Part shown: positions 1-11,266 of the stretch, one piece after another
How positions within the stretch are numbered: the stretch's first letter is position 1
How the letters are laid out: every line of letters begins with the position of its first letter
Source: Zygophlyctis sp. KS116
Taxonomy: Eukaryota > Fungi > Chytridiomycota
Reading direction: 5' to 3'
Length of the DNA: 32,000 bases
Assembly (NCBI GenBank): GCA_054661495.1
Contig: BAAFSQ010000008.1
Span: forward strand, 60,172-92,171
Notes under the pieces: generated by a model
Databases searched by the model: none
What the model was told of the DNA's origin: nothing
What the model saw: only the letters and a program-made list of their open reading frames with translations
Made by a program: the position numbers and the translations under genes

Positions 1-3000
1 CCATAATCTTAAGAGAGGACTGCGGAGCAATTGATCCATATTCAGTTTTGAATGTAAAAATACTAGGCGTATCAGGCTTTAAAACTTTAAAACTTTTTTC
101 TATCACTCCATCATTGCGGATGGTAAAGTAGCATTGTCTAAGTGTATTGATTTCGAGCTTTCCAAGATTGATGACGGAAAGATCTGCTGCAAAAGATCCT
201 ACAGGAGAATTCAAAGAAGGAATATCATCTATCTTACTAGGAGCTGACATTGATGGAGTGGTAGAATCTTTAAGATTTGCTACTGAAGGTTCATTGCCTT
301 GAGATAATAACATATGATAGTTGAAATGATCAAAACACACTACGCAATGAAAACTGACCTTTTTAATCAAATCTGAATTCTTATATTCTTGTACATAAAT
401 TGTTCCAGAGATATTTTTTGACGGATGAGGAGATTCCTAGTAACGTCAAAAATATTATTAATACCGAAGAAATCAATCCGCTATTTATAGCTCTAAATGA
501 TACCAGGACTGTTCGAATAGACCTCGGTTGAATCGAGAAAATAATGCTAGAGTTCGTCTTTTTTGTCCTGAAAGAGTTGATCCTACTTTCTATCCGGAGG
601 CTTGATGATTGATCCGATCCTGCCGGCAAATGAGTGTAGTCAAATTCATAATCATCTCCTACCAATCCACTCCTCAATCTGTCAATTTTGTCAGTAATCT
701 TTTTCATCTTGTCTTTGCGCCCCTTCCTTCGGGCTATCTTAAGTTTTTGTTCCAAATTTTCTATTTGCTCTTCTACCTCTTTTGAAAGTATTGTAAGTTT
801 TCGAAAGGTTTTACTACTTTTGGAGCTATTCATTGAGTCCACATTGTCATTTTCTGACATTTCAAACTCGACTTCGCCTTCTAGGCCGCACTCTAACATT
901 TCGGAAGGATTGAACTTGACCTCCATAAGCCGTGCATGTTTAGAGCTTGAGTTTGAGATGGTAATCTGCTGTACATGTGATGCCTTTTCATTAATCAAAC
1001 AAACACCAAAATCAATGTCAAGACTTTCGATAAAAAATGGAGTCGCCTTTCTCACGTTAGCCTTGATTGTGAGAACTTGATTGAAGTTATTATCGAGAAC
1101 GTTTTCAATTATAAGTTTTTCATTGAATGCGCCAGATAGAGATGGCTCAAAAATAAATACTACTTCTTTTTTTCCGTACCCCCTAATGATTCCATTCTTA
1201 TCATCTCCGAGCATTATATCTCCAGAAGATATGGATCCTGATTTTTTTATATTGTAATACAATGGAACTTCAGCGTTGTTTCTGATTAGTATGGTCTTTG
1301 AACGTTTTTCATTTTTCTCTACAAGTCCAAAATTAATATGTTTCTGCCCCAATTCCATTACCGACCTGCAAATAGATGAGCGTATTAACAGTTCGCGAAC
1401 AGGGATTTCAATTTTTCCAAAATTTGAAACCGATTGCTTTTGTATCGCCTGATCAAACTCTATCAACTTGATAGAAAGTTTGAAATCATGCTTTTTTAAC
1501 TTACCCTGACAAATAAGAAAAATAAACTATACCTGAATATATGGTTTATCCGACCCATCAGGAGTAAAAATTACATAAATATTCTTTTGTGATTCTGGTG
1601 CAATTTCCAATGTTGATACCGGTTTCAAAAGCTGACCTTCTAACGCTTTCTGTAGTTCATGTAGCAGCAGAATCTTCAACAATACTGAACTCGCCTCGAA
1701 AAATGCTTTAGGGTATGTGCTGTTAGTAGCGTTGCCATTGCTGTCCAATAATACAAGTGCTAATTCCAGAGGATCTTTACAGGCCCTATACATTTCTACT
1801 AAATCGTCTTCATTCATGTATTCACTACGCAATCCTGTTTTGTGTTCATTTGGCTCATTAATAAACAAATCTCGTGAGGAGTAGTGAGATCCTGTTTTTC
1901 CGTCTAAATATTTAAGAGAAGATACTGGTTTTAACTCAAAGCTTTCGCCTAGCTTGAAATGAGTTTTAGAGCTAGCACTTCTTTTCTAGCCTGTAAAAAC
2001 AATCTAACCTACCTTTAACTTAAGGTCTCTAATTGAAGAGGCTAAATCCAGATATTCACTACCGCCCACTGGCGATTCTGATGCTGAGTCGGCCATGCTC
2101 CGTGTACGACTTAAGCCCATAAAATGAGTTTTGGATGACACTTTATTTGACATGAGCAAATTTCCATTTTCTGCGGGTAACCGAGATACTTTTTTCCTGT
2201 CACTAATCGATTGAAGAAGATCACGGTTCAGCGAGACCCCTCCAGTAATTCGTGATTCTTGCGTGCTAAAATTCTTTTCATAAATTTTCAGCTCAGACGG
2301 ATTAGAAGAAGTTATTTGAAGAATTAAGCGAGATTTGCTAATATTTTCGATGAAGAAGCCTTTAACAGATGGGCAGTTGAGAACTGAAGACCCAAGATCT
2401 AAATAGTTTGATGAAGAAGGAGTGATCAATCGATAAAATAGAGAGTGGTAACTTAGCTGATGCTCATCAATGTTTGTTGAAATGGCCTGAATAACTTGAT
2501 CATTGTCTCGATTCAGAAGATTTACTACCGTTATTTGTTTTCGATAATCAGCATTTACTTTGCGGGCATAAATATCTACCTTGACTTCGATTGATTGATT
2601 TGGAGGAATAAAAAGTTCTCCTTTGTAAATATTCAAAACCTTTGAAACATATCGTATTTCAACTCTGGCAGCCAGATCCGAAACATTAGAAATTTTCAAT
2701 GGAAGCGATTTTAGAGTACCAATATTAGTTTCACCAAAGTTTAATTCCTTTGGTGAGACTTCAATTACCGATGTACATGCTCTAGATAAACATTGAATAA
2801 TTTTCTTTTCCTTTAAGGGAGAGCCCGAAGATGAATATGCAAGGGTAATTCTAAATGATTTCGATACCAATTTTCCCGATAAATAATCAAATGATGAAGA
2901 TTCTTTCATGGGGCGATACAATACCTCTACTGTACGTTCAGCTCCAGGTTTTATATTGATTTCTTCAATCTTTGTGAATTCATTTTCATATCCCTCATTA

Positions 3001-4334
3001 AAAGCATCCGTAGCCTCATCAGCCAGAGTGCCTTTTCCTAAAACATCAAATGTATTGAATGATCCACGTGAGCTTAGTATTTCTGACCCCCTGCGAGAAT
3101 TTGAGACTGGTGTAGAAGCACGGGAACTCATCATACTCTCCAAATCTGTTGTAAGAGAGTCTATACTAGACATATCAGTCATTTTGTCTAATAAATATAT
3201 AGCCTTTGAGTCTAAACTTGACATTGAGTTTGACAAGAGTTCATCTGTTTTTAATTGAAAGACTATAGACTGCTCGTCCGATGCAAACTTAACATCCAAA
3301 TGTGAATCTGAAATATTTTTCAAAACCAATTTCTGCCTGCTGACTATCCCAGAACAACAATCACCAAAATCCAACGTAGATCCACTACTAACTACCAAAG
3401 ACTCTTCTTTTAAAATTGATCTAACCATTGCATGAATATGAGTTTTTATAGTATTTGAAGAATCACTAGCATTTTCAATTTGAAGATTGTAATCAAATTC
3501 ACCAACTTCTGCTGGTTTAAAAATAATTCGAATTCTTAGAGGAGAATAAGCTGGAACATGATTTTGATCTAAAACTTCTCCAGTATCATAATCACAAAAC
3601 ACCAATTGACTAGAATGTTTCTGATTTGATAAATCTATAGTATTTAAAACAAAAAACAGTTCAATTTCTGATCTATTCCAAATAGTAAAGTCCTTAAAGT
3701 AAGTTCCTCCTACTACACAATCCTCAAAATTGAGCCCACCTGGCATATCCATTCCTAGTAATGTTTTACATACTCTTGATCTAAATTTAACAGACACCTA
3801 AAATTATTTTTACTATAATACCTGATAGTCTGGAATATTTTCTGGACTTTTTGAAGATTCTTGAGAGCTAGACTCTTCTAAATCTTTAGTTTTGTATACA
3901 AAAAAGAATAATAGTCCATTAATTTCAAAAAAATCCAACAAGTCTTCATTTTTCTTGGTGATTTCTGGTAAAAAAGAGAGAATAAGTTTAGCAGATGAAT
4001 GTGGTTCTAGTAGAATAGAATCTACATGATTTACATAATTAAATAATTGATTGAAAAGATTCCCTGTAACATTATTTTTATCTTTTTGAGAGTTTAAAGA
4101 AGACATGACAGTATTAGTGACAAGATATTCCTGTACATCATTTTCCAGCAAGTTTTCATTTGAGACCTGAAAAGCAATTTGATTGCCTAAATTTGATTTC
4201 AATTTTACCAGGATTTGTGAGTCTGAGGGATTCGTTAAGCTGAATCTATGAAGAGCATGAAGTCCGTTTAGATATATGGAATCAAATACAAGCTTATTGT
4301 TGGGTATTGAGAGTTTTAGCAGTTCTATTTCCAT
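1..4334 (-). CDS. Large uncharacterised protein with repeated ASH/PapD-like (Hydin-type Ig-fold) modules; 3' end runs off the window (>1400 aa)
   Basis: Four ORF-track pieces join through GT-AG introns at 3798-3821 (24 nt), 1986-2012 (27), 1506-1532 (27) and 437-464 (28); the frame then stays open to position 1. The motif 'L[ND]FG..x~10..[IL]xN[x]S' recurs (LNFEDC..FTIWNRS, LDFGDC..LVLKNIS, LNFGET..LKISNVS, INFGLV..ILIRNNA, IDFGVC..ITISNSS). Confidence 0.8.
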
Positions 4335-4425
4335 TAAAAAGTAGAAACAAACGTCAAACGTAAGGTTGAAGTGATGTAATTGGTTTAATATTTGCTTCTT
4401 ATACGCTTATAATTGCCACGACTCT

Positions 4426-4477
4426 TAGGACCCATAGTAGGACCCATAGTAGGACCCATAGTAGGACCCATAGTAGG
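4426..4477. repeat. 12-bp tandem repeat (TAGGACCCATAG) x4.3 in the divergent promoter region
   Basis: Four exact copies plus TAGG, within the 196-bp spacer between ATG 4334 (-) and ATG 4531 (+). Confidence 0.95.
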
Positions 4478-4530
4478 CTATAGAACAACACCAATGGTTG
4501 TGTTGGCACATCAGGGTTAGAGTTAAAAAA

Positions 4531-5972
4531 ATGCAACGGCAAATGATGCAAACTCCAATGTCTGGAATGCCTGGTATGCCTGGAATGTCTGGTATGTCTG
4601 GTATGTCTGGGGGACAAATGAGACAAGGGCCTGGAGGATCAATGGCACAAGGAGGATCCATGCCGGGGGGACAAGGGATGATGAGACCGCCAATGACTAG
4701 ACAGGCAATGCCCAACAAGAGGAAAAGACCGACAGACAAAATACTCTCAAAGAAATTGGAAGATTATGTTCCAGAAGCAAAATTATATAATCAAATGATT
4801 GAATTTGAGAAAAAGTTGGATTCGACAATTACTAGGAAAATATTGGATTTACAAGACTCGCTAGCAAAACCAGAGGTATTTAATTTGTCTAAAAAGAAAG
4901 CCAATTAAAAAAACTCTGCGAATATTTTTATCAAATTTATCTGCTAATCAGTATGATTTTGAACCTGGAGAGGAAATGACTGATCTTTCGGCGTCTTTAG
5001 ATGCTATTCAGGATAGTATTCCTTCTTGGACACTGCGGATTCAAGGGAAGATGATTGATGTAATTTTTAAATTCTTTAAATGATTTATAGCCTCCAAATG
5101 CGAGAAAATTGTCTGGGCATCCTCCCAAATTTTCAAATTTTATAAAGAAAATTATTATTGAACTTAAAAGAGATGAAGAAATTTATCCTCTGGGAAATAC
5201 AATAGAATGGGAAAAGAGGCCAGGAGATCCAGAAGCTGATGGGTTTGAAGTTAAAAGACAAGGAGACTCTGATACTCCAGTCAGGATTCTAGTATATCTA
5301 GATAGACATCCTGAAAAATTTAAACTTTCTCCAACTCTAGGACATTTACTAGATATACAAATGGATACAATGTCAAATGTTTTACTTTCTATTTGGCAAT
5401 ACGTAAAAGTAAATAAACTGCTGGATCCAGAAGACTCTAGATGTATTAACTGTGATGAACCTTTGGCAGCTGTATTTATTTATTTACTAATTTTCAAGAT
5501 TTTTGGAACTCAAAAAGTTATGTTTTCATACCTTCCAGAATTATTGGCTCGTCATCTTCTTCCCTGTGACCCTATTGTACTTGATTATGTTATAAAAGTT
5601 GATAAAGAACATCATTATTCTAATACTGCATTTGATATTGATGTAGAATTGGAAAATCCTATTAGGGATAGAATTAAAATGATTACACAGAGACATGGTG
5701 TTTTACAACGTGAATTATCAGTTTTGGATGAACAAATTTCTGCTCTTATTCAGTCTATTCATGAATCTAAATCTAAACGTGATTTTATGAAATCTTTTTC
5801 AACTGATCCTATAAACTTTTTAAATTCCTGGATTGGATCTCAGTCTAGGGACTTGGAAGTTGTTTTAGGAGATGCAAAACTTAATAGGGAGGAAGTCGAA
5901 CATTCTGAATTCTGGACTAGAGACAGGATAAAGGAAAGTCTGTTTCATTATTTGTCAGAGCGTGGTTTGTAA
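4531..5972 (+). CDS. SNF12: SWI/SNF/RSC complex subunit SMARCD/BAF60 (Snf12/Rsc6-like, SWIB domain), ~452 aa
   Basis: Introns 4876-4900 (25), 5060-5090 (31), 5472-5498 (27). Motifs KRPTDK, FEKKLDSTITRK, KTLRIFLSN, SWTLRIQG, DGFEVKRQGD, SWIB 'IWQYVKVNKLLDPEDSRCINCDEPL', WIGSQSRDL. Met/Gly-rich N-terminus. Confidence 0.9.
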
Positions 5973-6085
5973 GAAATCTCGCAAGTAAATCTGTTGATGT
6001 TTAAGCCGTTTAATGAGTCGTATAACCAAAATCTTAACTTTAAGTTCCTACGCCTATTTTAACGTTTTCTCTTACAAGTCTCAGT

Positions 6086-7347
6086 ATGGAAATTCTCAAC
6101 CAAAACTTTAAACGGACTAGCCAACATTTTCTATTGAATGATCAGTCAAGATTTATAGACTATGAATCACAAAAGCTTAAAATGTCTGTTAAAATCAAGG
6201 ATGAATTTCAAGCGCCAACAGAGAAATTAGAGAAATTTAAAGAAATTCAAGAGTCTAATGCTCTGATTAAAAGAGAGCAAGAGGCCCCAAAAATTTCAAA
6301 TTCTTTAGTAAAGATCAAAAAGGAAAGACAATTACAAAAACCTGAATGGCATCCTCCATGGAAATTATTCAGAGTAATTTCAGGACACTTGGGATGGGTG
6401 AGATCAGTCGCTGTAGATGTTGGAAATGAATGGTTTGCGACTGGTGCGGGAGATCGAATGATTAAGATTTGGGATTTGGCTACTGGAACTCTTAAACTAT
6501 CTTTAACTGGTCATATTAATACAGTCAGAGGATTAGCTATAAGTCCAAGACATCCTTATCTTTTCTCTGCTGGGGAAGATAAAATGGTCAAATGTTGGGA
6601 TTTAGAGACTAACAAGGTTATAAGACATTATCATGGTCATTTATCAGGAGTTTTTTGTTTAGATATACATCCTACATTAGATATTATTGTTACTGGTGGT
6701 AGAGATTCTTGTGCAAGAGTATTTTTTTTAAAACTTACAATAACTAGGTATGGGATATTCGTACAAAATCTCAAATTTTTGCTTTAACAGGACATCAATC
6801 TACAGTCGCAAGTGTTAAAACTCAAGAGGGAGATCCTCAAATTATTACTTCTTCCAATGATTCTACAATAAAATTATGGGATTTAGCAGCTGGAAAATGT
6901 AGAACTACTCTAACTCATCATAAAAAATCTGTACGTGCTTTAGCAATACATCCAAGAGAATTTACTTTTGCTTCTGGATCACCTGATAATATTAAAACTT
7001 GGACTTGTCCTCAAGGAAACTTTATACAAAATGCATCTGGTCATAATGCAATTATAAATACTCTTAGTATAAATCAAGATGGAGTTATGGTATCTGGAGG
7101 AGATAATGGATCTATTAAATTTTGGGATTTTAAAACTGCTACATGTTTCCAATCTCTTGATACTATAGTACAACCTGGCTCTATGGAATCTGAAGCTGGT
7201 ATATTCTGTTCTACTTTTGACAAAACTGGAACTAGACTTATTACAGGTGAAGCAGATAAAACTATAAAGATTTGGAAGCAGGACGAGACTGCAACTGAAG
7301 AGACACATCCTGTAGTTTGGAAGCCTGGGTTTATGAAACGAGGATAA
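6086..7347 (+). CDS. PRP46: Pre-mRNA splicing factor Prp46/PLRG1 (WD40), ~410 aa
   Basis: [57 protein letters not shown]. One 29-nt intron (6719-6747) restores AR|VWDIRTK. Confidence 0.95.
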
Positions 7348-7423
7348 TTTACAATTATGTACCAAGTGAGAATTATAGTGAGAATTGAGATTTTGTGGTT
7401 TAGGAACAACTTAAGTCTCTAAA

Positions 7424-9271
7424 ATGTACAAGAAACCAAGAGTTGAGGACTATGACAGCCATTTCGAACAATTGAAATTAGATAAATTAGAAAGCGATCG
7501 ACAGTATTTATTCTCAAAAGTAGAAAATCTTCAGGAAATCATTGAACAAGAAAGGAAAACTCAGATTTCATTAAAGGAAGAACATGCTCATAAAGTGTCT
7601 GACTTTCTAAAGGAAAAAAATCAATTGTTGAATTCAATGACAGAATTGCAAATAAAATTTAAAAATTCTAGCCAAAAAAAGGACTTGAAAATTCAAGAAT
7701 TACAGGCTAAAACCGATGCTTTTCAAAATTATATTTCAGATTTAGAAAGGAAAATTCAGGAAAATCTACAATCTTCTAAATCTAAAAATGAAATTATGGA
7801 CTTTGAAATGCAAAAGGAAATTTTAAATTTACAAAATCTGACAAAAAAGGAGGAAAATGTACTATTAAAACAATTATCACAAAATTTAAATCATGTGGCA
7901 AAGCTGGAAAAAGAAATCTCTCATCTGAAAAAGGAAATTGATCATTACAAAACTTTGGATTTGAATTTATTCAAGAAGCAGGAAGAAATTTCATCGTTAA
8001 ATAATCAAATTGCACAGTTATCAAGTTTGAGAGGGGAATTGGCTGCTGTTCAGGCAGAAAAGGGACTTTTATTGCAAGAAAAGGCAAGATGGTCTAAATT
8101 TTGCGAAGAAGAGGATGGAATTGTGGATCCTGTTACGCTTACAAGGTCTTTGGCGCAATGTAGATTAGAATCTGCACAATTGAAGCAAGAGTTGGGAGAA
8201 GCAAGAACAGAAAAGGCTGGTAGACAAGGGTATATTACACGATTAGAACAAGATTTACAAGATTTATCTCAAAAACTACAAGATTTAGAGTCTTTCAGCC
8301 AACATTTACAAAAACACTTGAAAATTCAAGAGAGAGGGAAAAAATTGGCTCATAGAGAAACAGAGTTTTTAAGAACTCAGCTTGTACGATTGAGAATTTT
8401 AAACTTTAGGAAAGTTTCGATTTAGAACAAGATTTAGTTGGGAATGGGTTCGATGATAAGAAAGTAAAGAGAATAAAAGAACTCGAGGAACTTTTAGACA
8501 ATTATAAAGAAGAGATGAATTCTTTGGTTTTAAATACGGAAATTAAGACCGAACAAGTTGTACATACTGAAGACATTCATTCAACATTGGTGTCTCAAAA
8601 AATATCTGAGTTAAAGAATGGTAAAATACCTGTTAATTTATTACAGAAATTTCCGTGCTCAAAGTAGAAAAAGGTATGTTAGAAAAACAAACCAGTTCAT
8701 TTGAAGCTCAGTTGCATGAGCTCCAAAGAGCTCTTGGAAGAGGAGAAGCTGATTTTTCGGAACAAAGAGTAAGAATCTAGAATTTTATGGAAAGGTTTTG
8801 ATGCTCAAAGAAAATCCAAGCTCGCATGCAGATCAAGCTAGATATGAGGAACTACTAGCGTTACGTTCTGAAAACGAAGCTTTAAGATCCTCTATATCAA
8901 CTATACCTACAGAAAGTGTGAAAGTCTTTGAAATGAAAATTTCAGAGCTACAACAAGACCTTTTTACAAAAGAAAAGAGAATGATACGCCTAAAGGAGGT
9001 TTTGAATGCACAAGTCCAAGAATTTAGAGCTTCTATATGTACTATATTAGGCTTTAAAGTTGACATGCAGCCTCAAGGAAAACTAAAACTTTCATCAATC
9101 TATTCAACAAAATGGACTATGGAATTTGACACTCATGGCAACTTTTTAGGTTTCTCTGGAGCTGGTTCTACTGAAAGACTTCAAGAAGGAGTTTCTAAAT
9201 ATTTAGAAAGATCACATATCCCAGCCTTCATGGCTTGGCTAACTCTTCATTTATTTGAATCATCTGATTGA
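7424..9271 (+). CDS. MAD1: Spindle assembly checkpoint protein Mad1, ~589 aa
   Basis: Long coiled coil; three 26-nt introns (8384-8409, 8621-8646, 8769-8794). Splicing restores the Mad2-binding-like R|VLMLKENP; also KRMIRLKEV..EFR..LGFKVD and C-terminal IPAFMAWLTLHLFE. Confidence 0.9.
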
Positions 9272-10173
9272 AGCTTTAGTGTTTAATAATGCCATATTTT
9301 TAATTTTCAGTTGATTTGCTTGATGCAATAACTTTAAATTTTCAGAGACTTTTGGCTGTAAGAACATGCATTCTTCATTAATTTGATCCAAGTTATCCTT
9401 ACATAATGACATATCCTTTTCAAAGTTTGAGGAAACACTAGAGAGACAATCATTAATTTCTTTTAAAATATTCTCAAGTTCTCCTAGAAAATCATTTTTA
9501 CTTTGGTTACCTTGACTATTAACAAACGCATTTTCCAACTCTATCTGATTAATTCTAGCCCCTATTTCAGCCGTATAATCATCATACAGATCAAGAAATC
9601 GAGTATTTAATGATGAATTAATACGTAAAATACTTGATAAAGCACTTTTTAAATTATCTACATCCCCTTCTAGATTAGATTGCTTTTGAGCCAGATCTTC
9701 TTTCTCGTAGAGTTGTTCATGTAACATCACAACTTGTCCGGACAGATTAATCAATGCACTCTAAATTTTAGTCCAAAACAATACATCTTGTTCCTTTCGG
9801 TAATCCTCTAAAGAGAGCAACGTCTGCTGATTTAGATAAACCCAAGCCAGTCGTTCAGTTTCCACTTGCATATTATTTAAACCAGAATTCCTGCTTCCGG
9901 ACAATCTTCCTAGAGACTGATTTTGTGTACTTGAAGCTCCTGTATATTTTCCATCAGTCCTCGATTTATAAACAGTCGCTGTTTGATTGGTTGGGGACTT
10001 TTGCGTATTAGTATTGAGCTCTGAGAGTTGTTTTCTAGGTAACGCAGTCTGATTATGATTTTCTTCTGATTTCTTGCAAGTTGTAGAACTATTAGACTGT
10101 GATAGATATCTAGACCCAACAACTCTTCCTATGCATTGGACTAGTGATAAAACTCACCACTTTTCTTTGACAT
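9260..10173 (-). CDS. Coiled-coil protein, candidate augmin subunit HAUS8/AUG8 (QWRF-like), ~286 aa
   Basis: ATG 10173, introns 10129-10157 (29) and 9761-9784 (24). Spliced protein: MSKKSGRVVGSRYLSQS, a Ser/Thr/Lys-rich tract, ETERLAWVYLNQQTLLSLEDYRKEQDSAL, then coiled coil. Gene model is solid; family call is tentative. Confidence 0.6.
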
Positions 10174-10186
10174 TTTAAAAATCAAA

Positions 10187-10666
10187 ATGGAAATTCGCCA
10201 ACGAAAGACCAATACTCTTCATACCGAGAATGAAACTCTTGATGCTTCAGCCAAAGAGTCTTCAACTAATAAATGGCTTAGAAAATTAGAAACTTTAGCT
10301 TGGGTTGCTCTTGCCTATGGAATTGCATATTTTACAAAGTTGATAGAAACTGTTGTTGGACTCGATCATGGGTAATGAATTAATACTGAATATAGAATGT
10401 CTTTTTACCTTGCAACTGGTTGTGGAAGCTGTTTTATCATGCTCTTTATATTTGTGGTGTATATCAGACCAATAATAACAGGAAAGCAAGTGGACTTGTC
10501 TCAATGGGAATTAGAAACTCCCAAAGCCATTTATACAGCAACCTTTTTGGGATTAGTATCATTTCTGTCTACAGTGAAAATGTTGTGGCCAGTATTTCAT
10601 ATTTTTTCTTTTCCTATAGTGATTCTTGAACTTGCAGGATTGATTGCATTCATTGGATTATTTTGA
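10187..10666 (+). CDS. TMEM128-like four-pass membrane protein, ~151 aa
   Basis: 24-nt intron 10372-10395 joins two ORFs. Four hydrophobic segments with 'WELETPKAIYTATFLG' and 'LWPVFHIFSFPI', resembling TMEM128. Confidence 0.75.
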
Positions 10667-10675
10667 TTATAGATT

Positions 10676-11174
10676 TCAAGATTTAGATTGTGAATCAAGA
10701 ATAATTGTAACTGGTCCATCATTGATTAATTCTACTTGCATCATTGCCCCAAATTCACCATCTTTGATTTTTGGGTAAATTTCCTTGAGTTGATTTAGAA
10801 AACACGAGTATAGCTCTGCTGCATCTAGAGTTTTCATTGAGTTGTGGAAATCAGGTTTAGATCCTAATCCTTGAGAAGTCACACCTTACCCTTATTACAA
10901 GATGCGTAGAGAGTGAATTGACTCACTGAAAGAATTTCATAATTTAAATCTACTACACTTGCAGACCATGGTTTATCATTGGAGTCAAAGACTCTTAATT
11001 TCACTATTTTATTAATCCTAAAATTATAATATAAAATTACATCCATTTGATATCTTGATCAGTATCAGTTCTAGAGAGTCCTACTAGTAAACAAATTCCA
11101 GGACCAATTTTTGAGATTACTTTTTCAGAGACTGTAACAGATGCACTTTTTACTCTTTGGACGATAACTCGCAT
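10676..11174 (-). CDS. DTD1: D-aminoacyl-tRNA deacylase, 149 aa
   Basis: MRVIVQRVKSASV, SQFTL motif, KGSKPDFH, GEFGAMMQVELINDGPVT. Introns 11018-11040 (23) and 10864-10889 (26). Confidence 0.95.
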
Positions 11175-11266
11175 TTTAGATCTAGGTCTGGGTTTGAAAC
11201 GTCATTTGAATTTGCACAATGTAAAATGCTAAACAATGCATTGTCTTTAAAATTATTATTCTTGCG

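Noticed and set aside
688-3258. Plus-strand ORFs 688-1080 and 2908-3258, and similar antisense ORFs across the window
   Set aside because: They lie opposite well-supported genes and have no recognisable motifs.
1506-3821. Stop-codon reassignment or TAG readthrough, since consecutive ORFs are in the same frame and separated by TAG
   Set aside because: Each stop lies inside an AT-rich GT-AG segment of 24-27 nt, and TAA, TAG and TGA all terminate genes elsewhere in the window.
4426-4477. CRISPR array or telomeric repeat
   Set aside because: No spacers, eukaryotic context, and an internal position between genes.
4399-4739. Minus-strand ORFs with repetitive peptides (YYGS, PDI, LLWV)
   Set aside because: Shadows of the 12-bp repeat and of the SNF12 Met/Gly repeats.
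9910-10122. 70-aa minus-strand ORF
   Set aside because: Alternative frame of exon 2 of the HAUS8-like gene.
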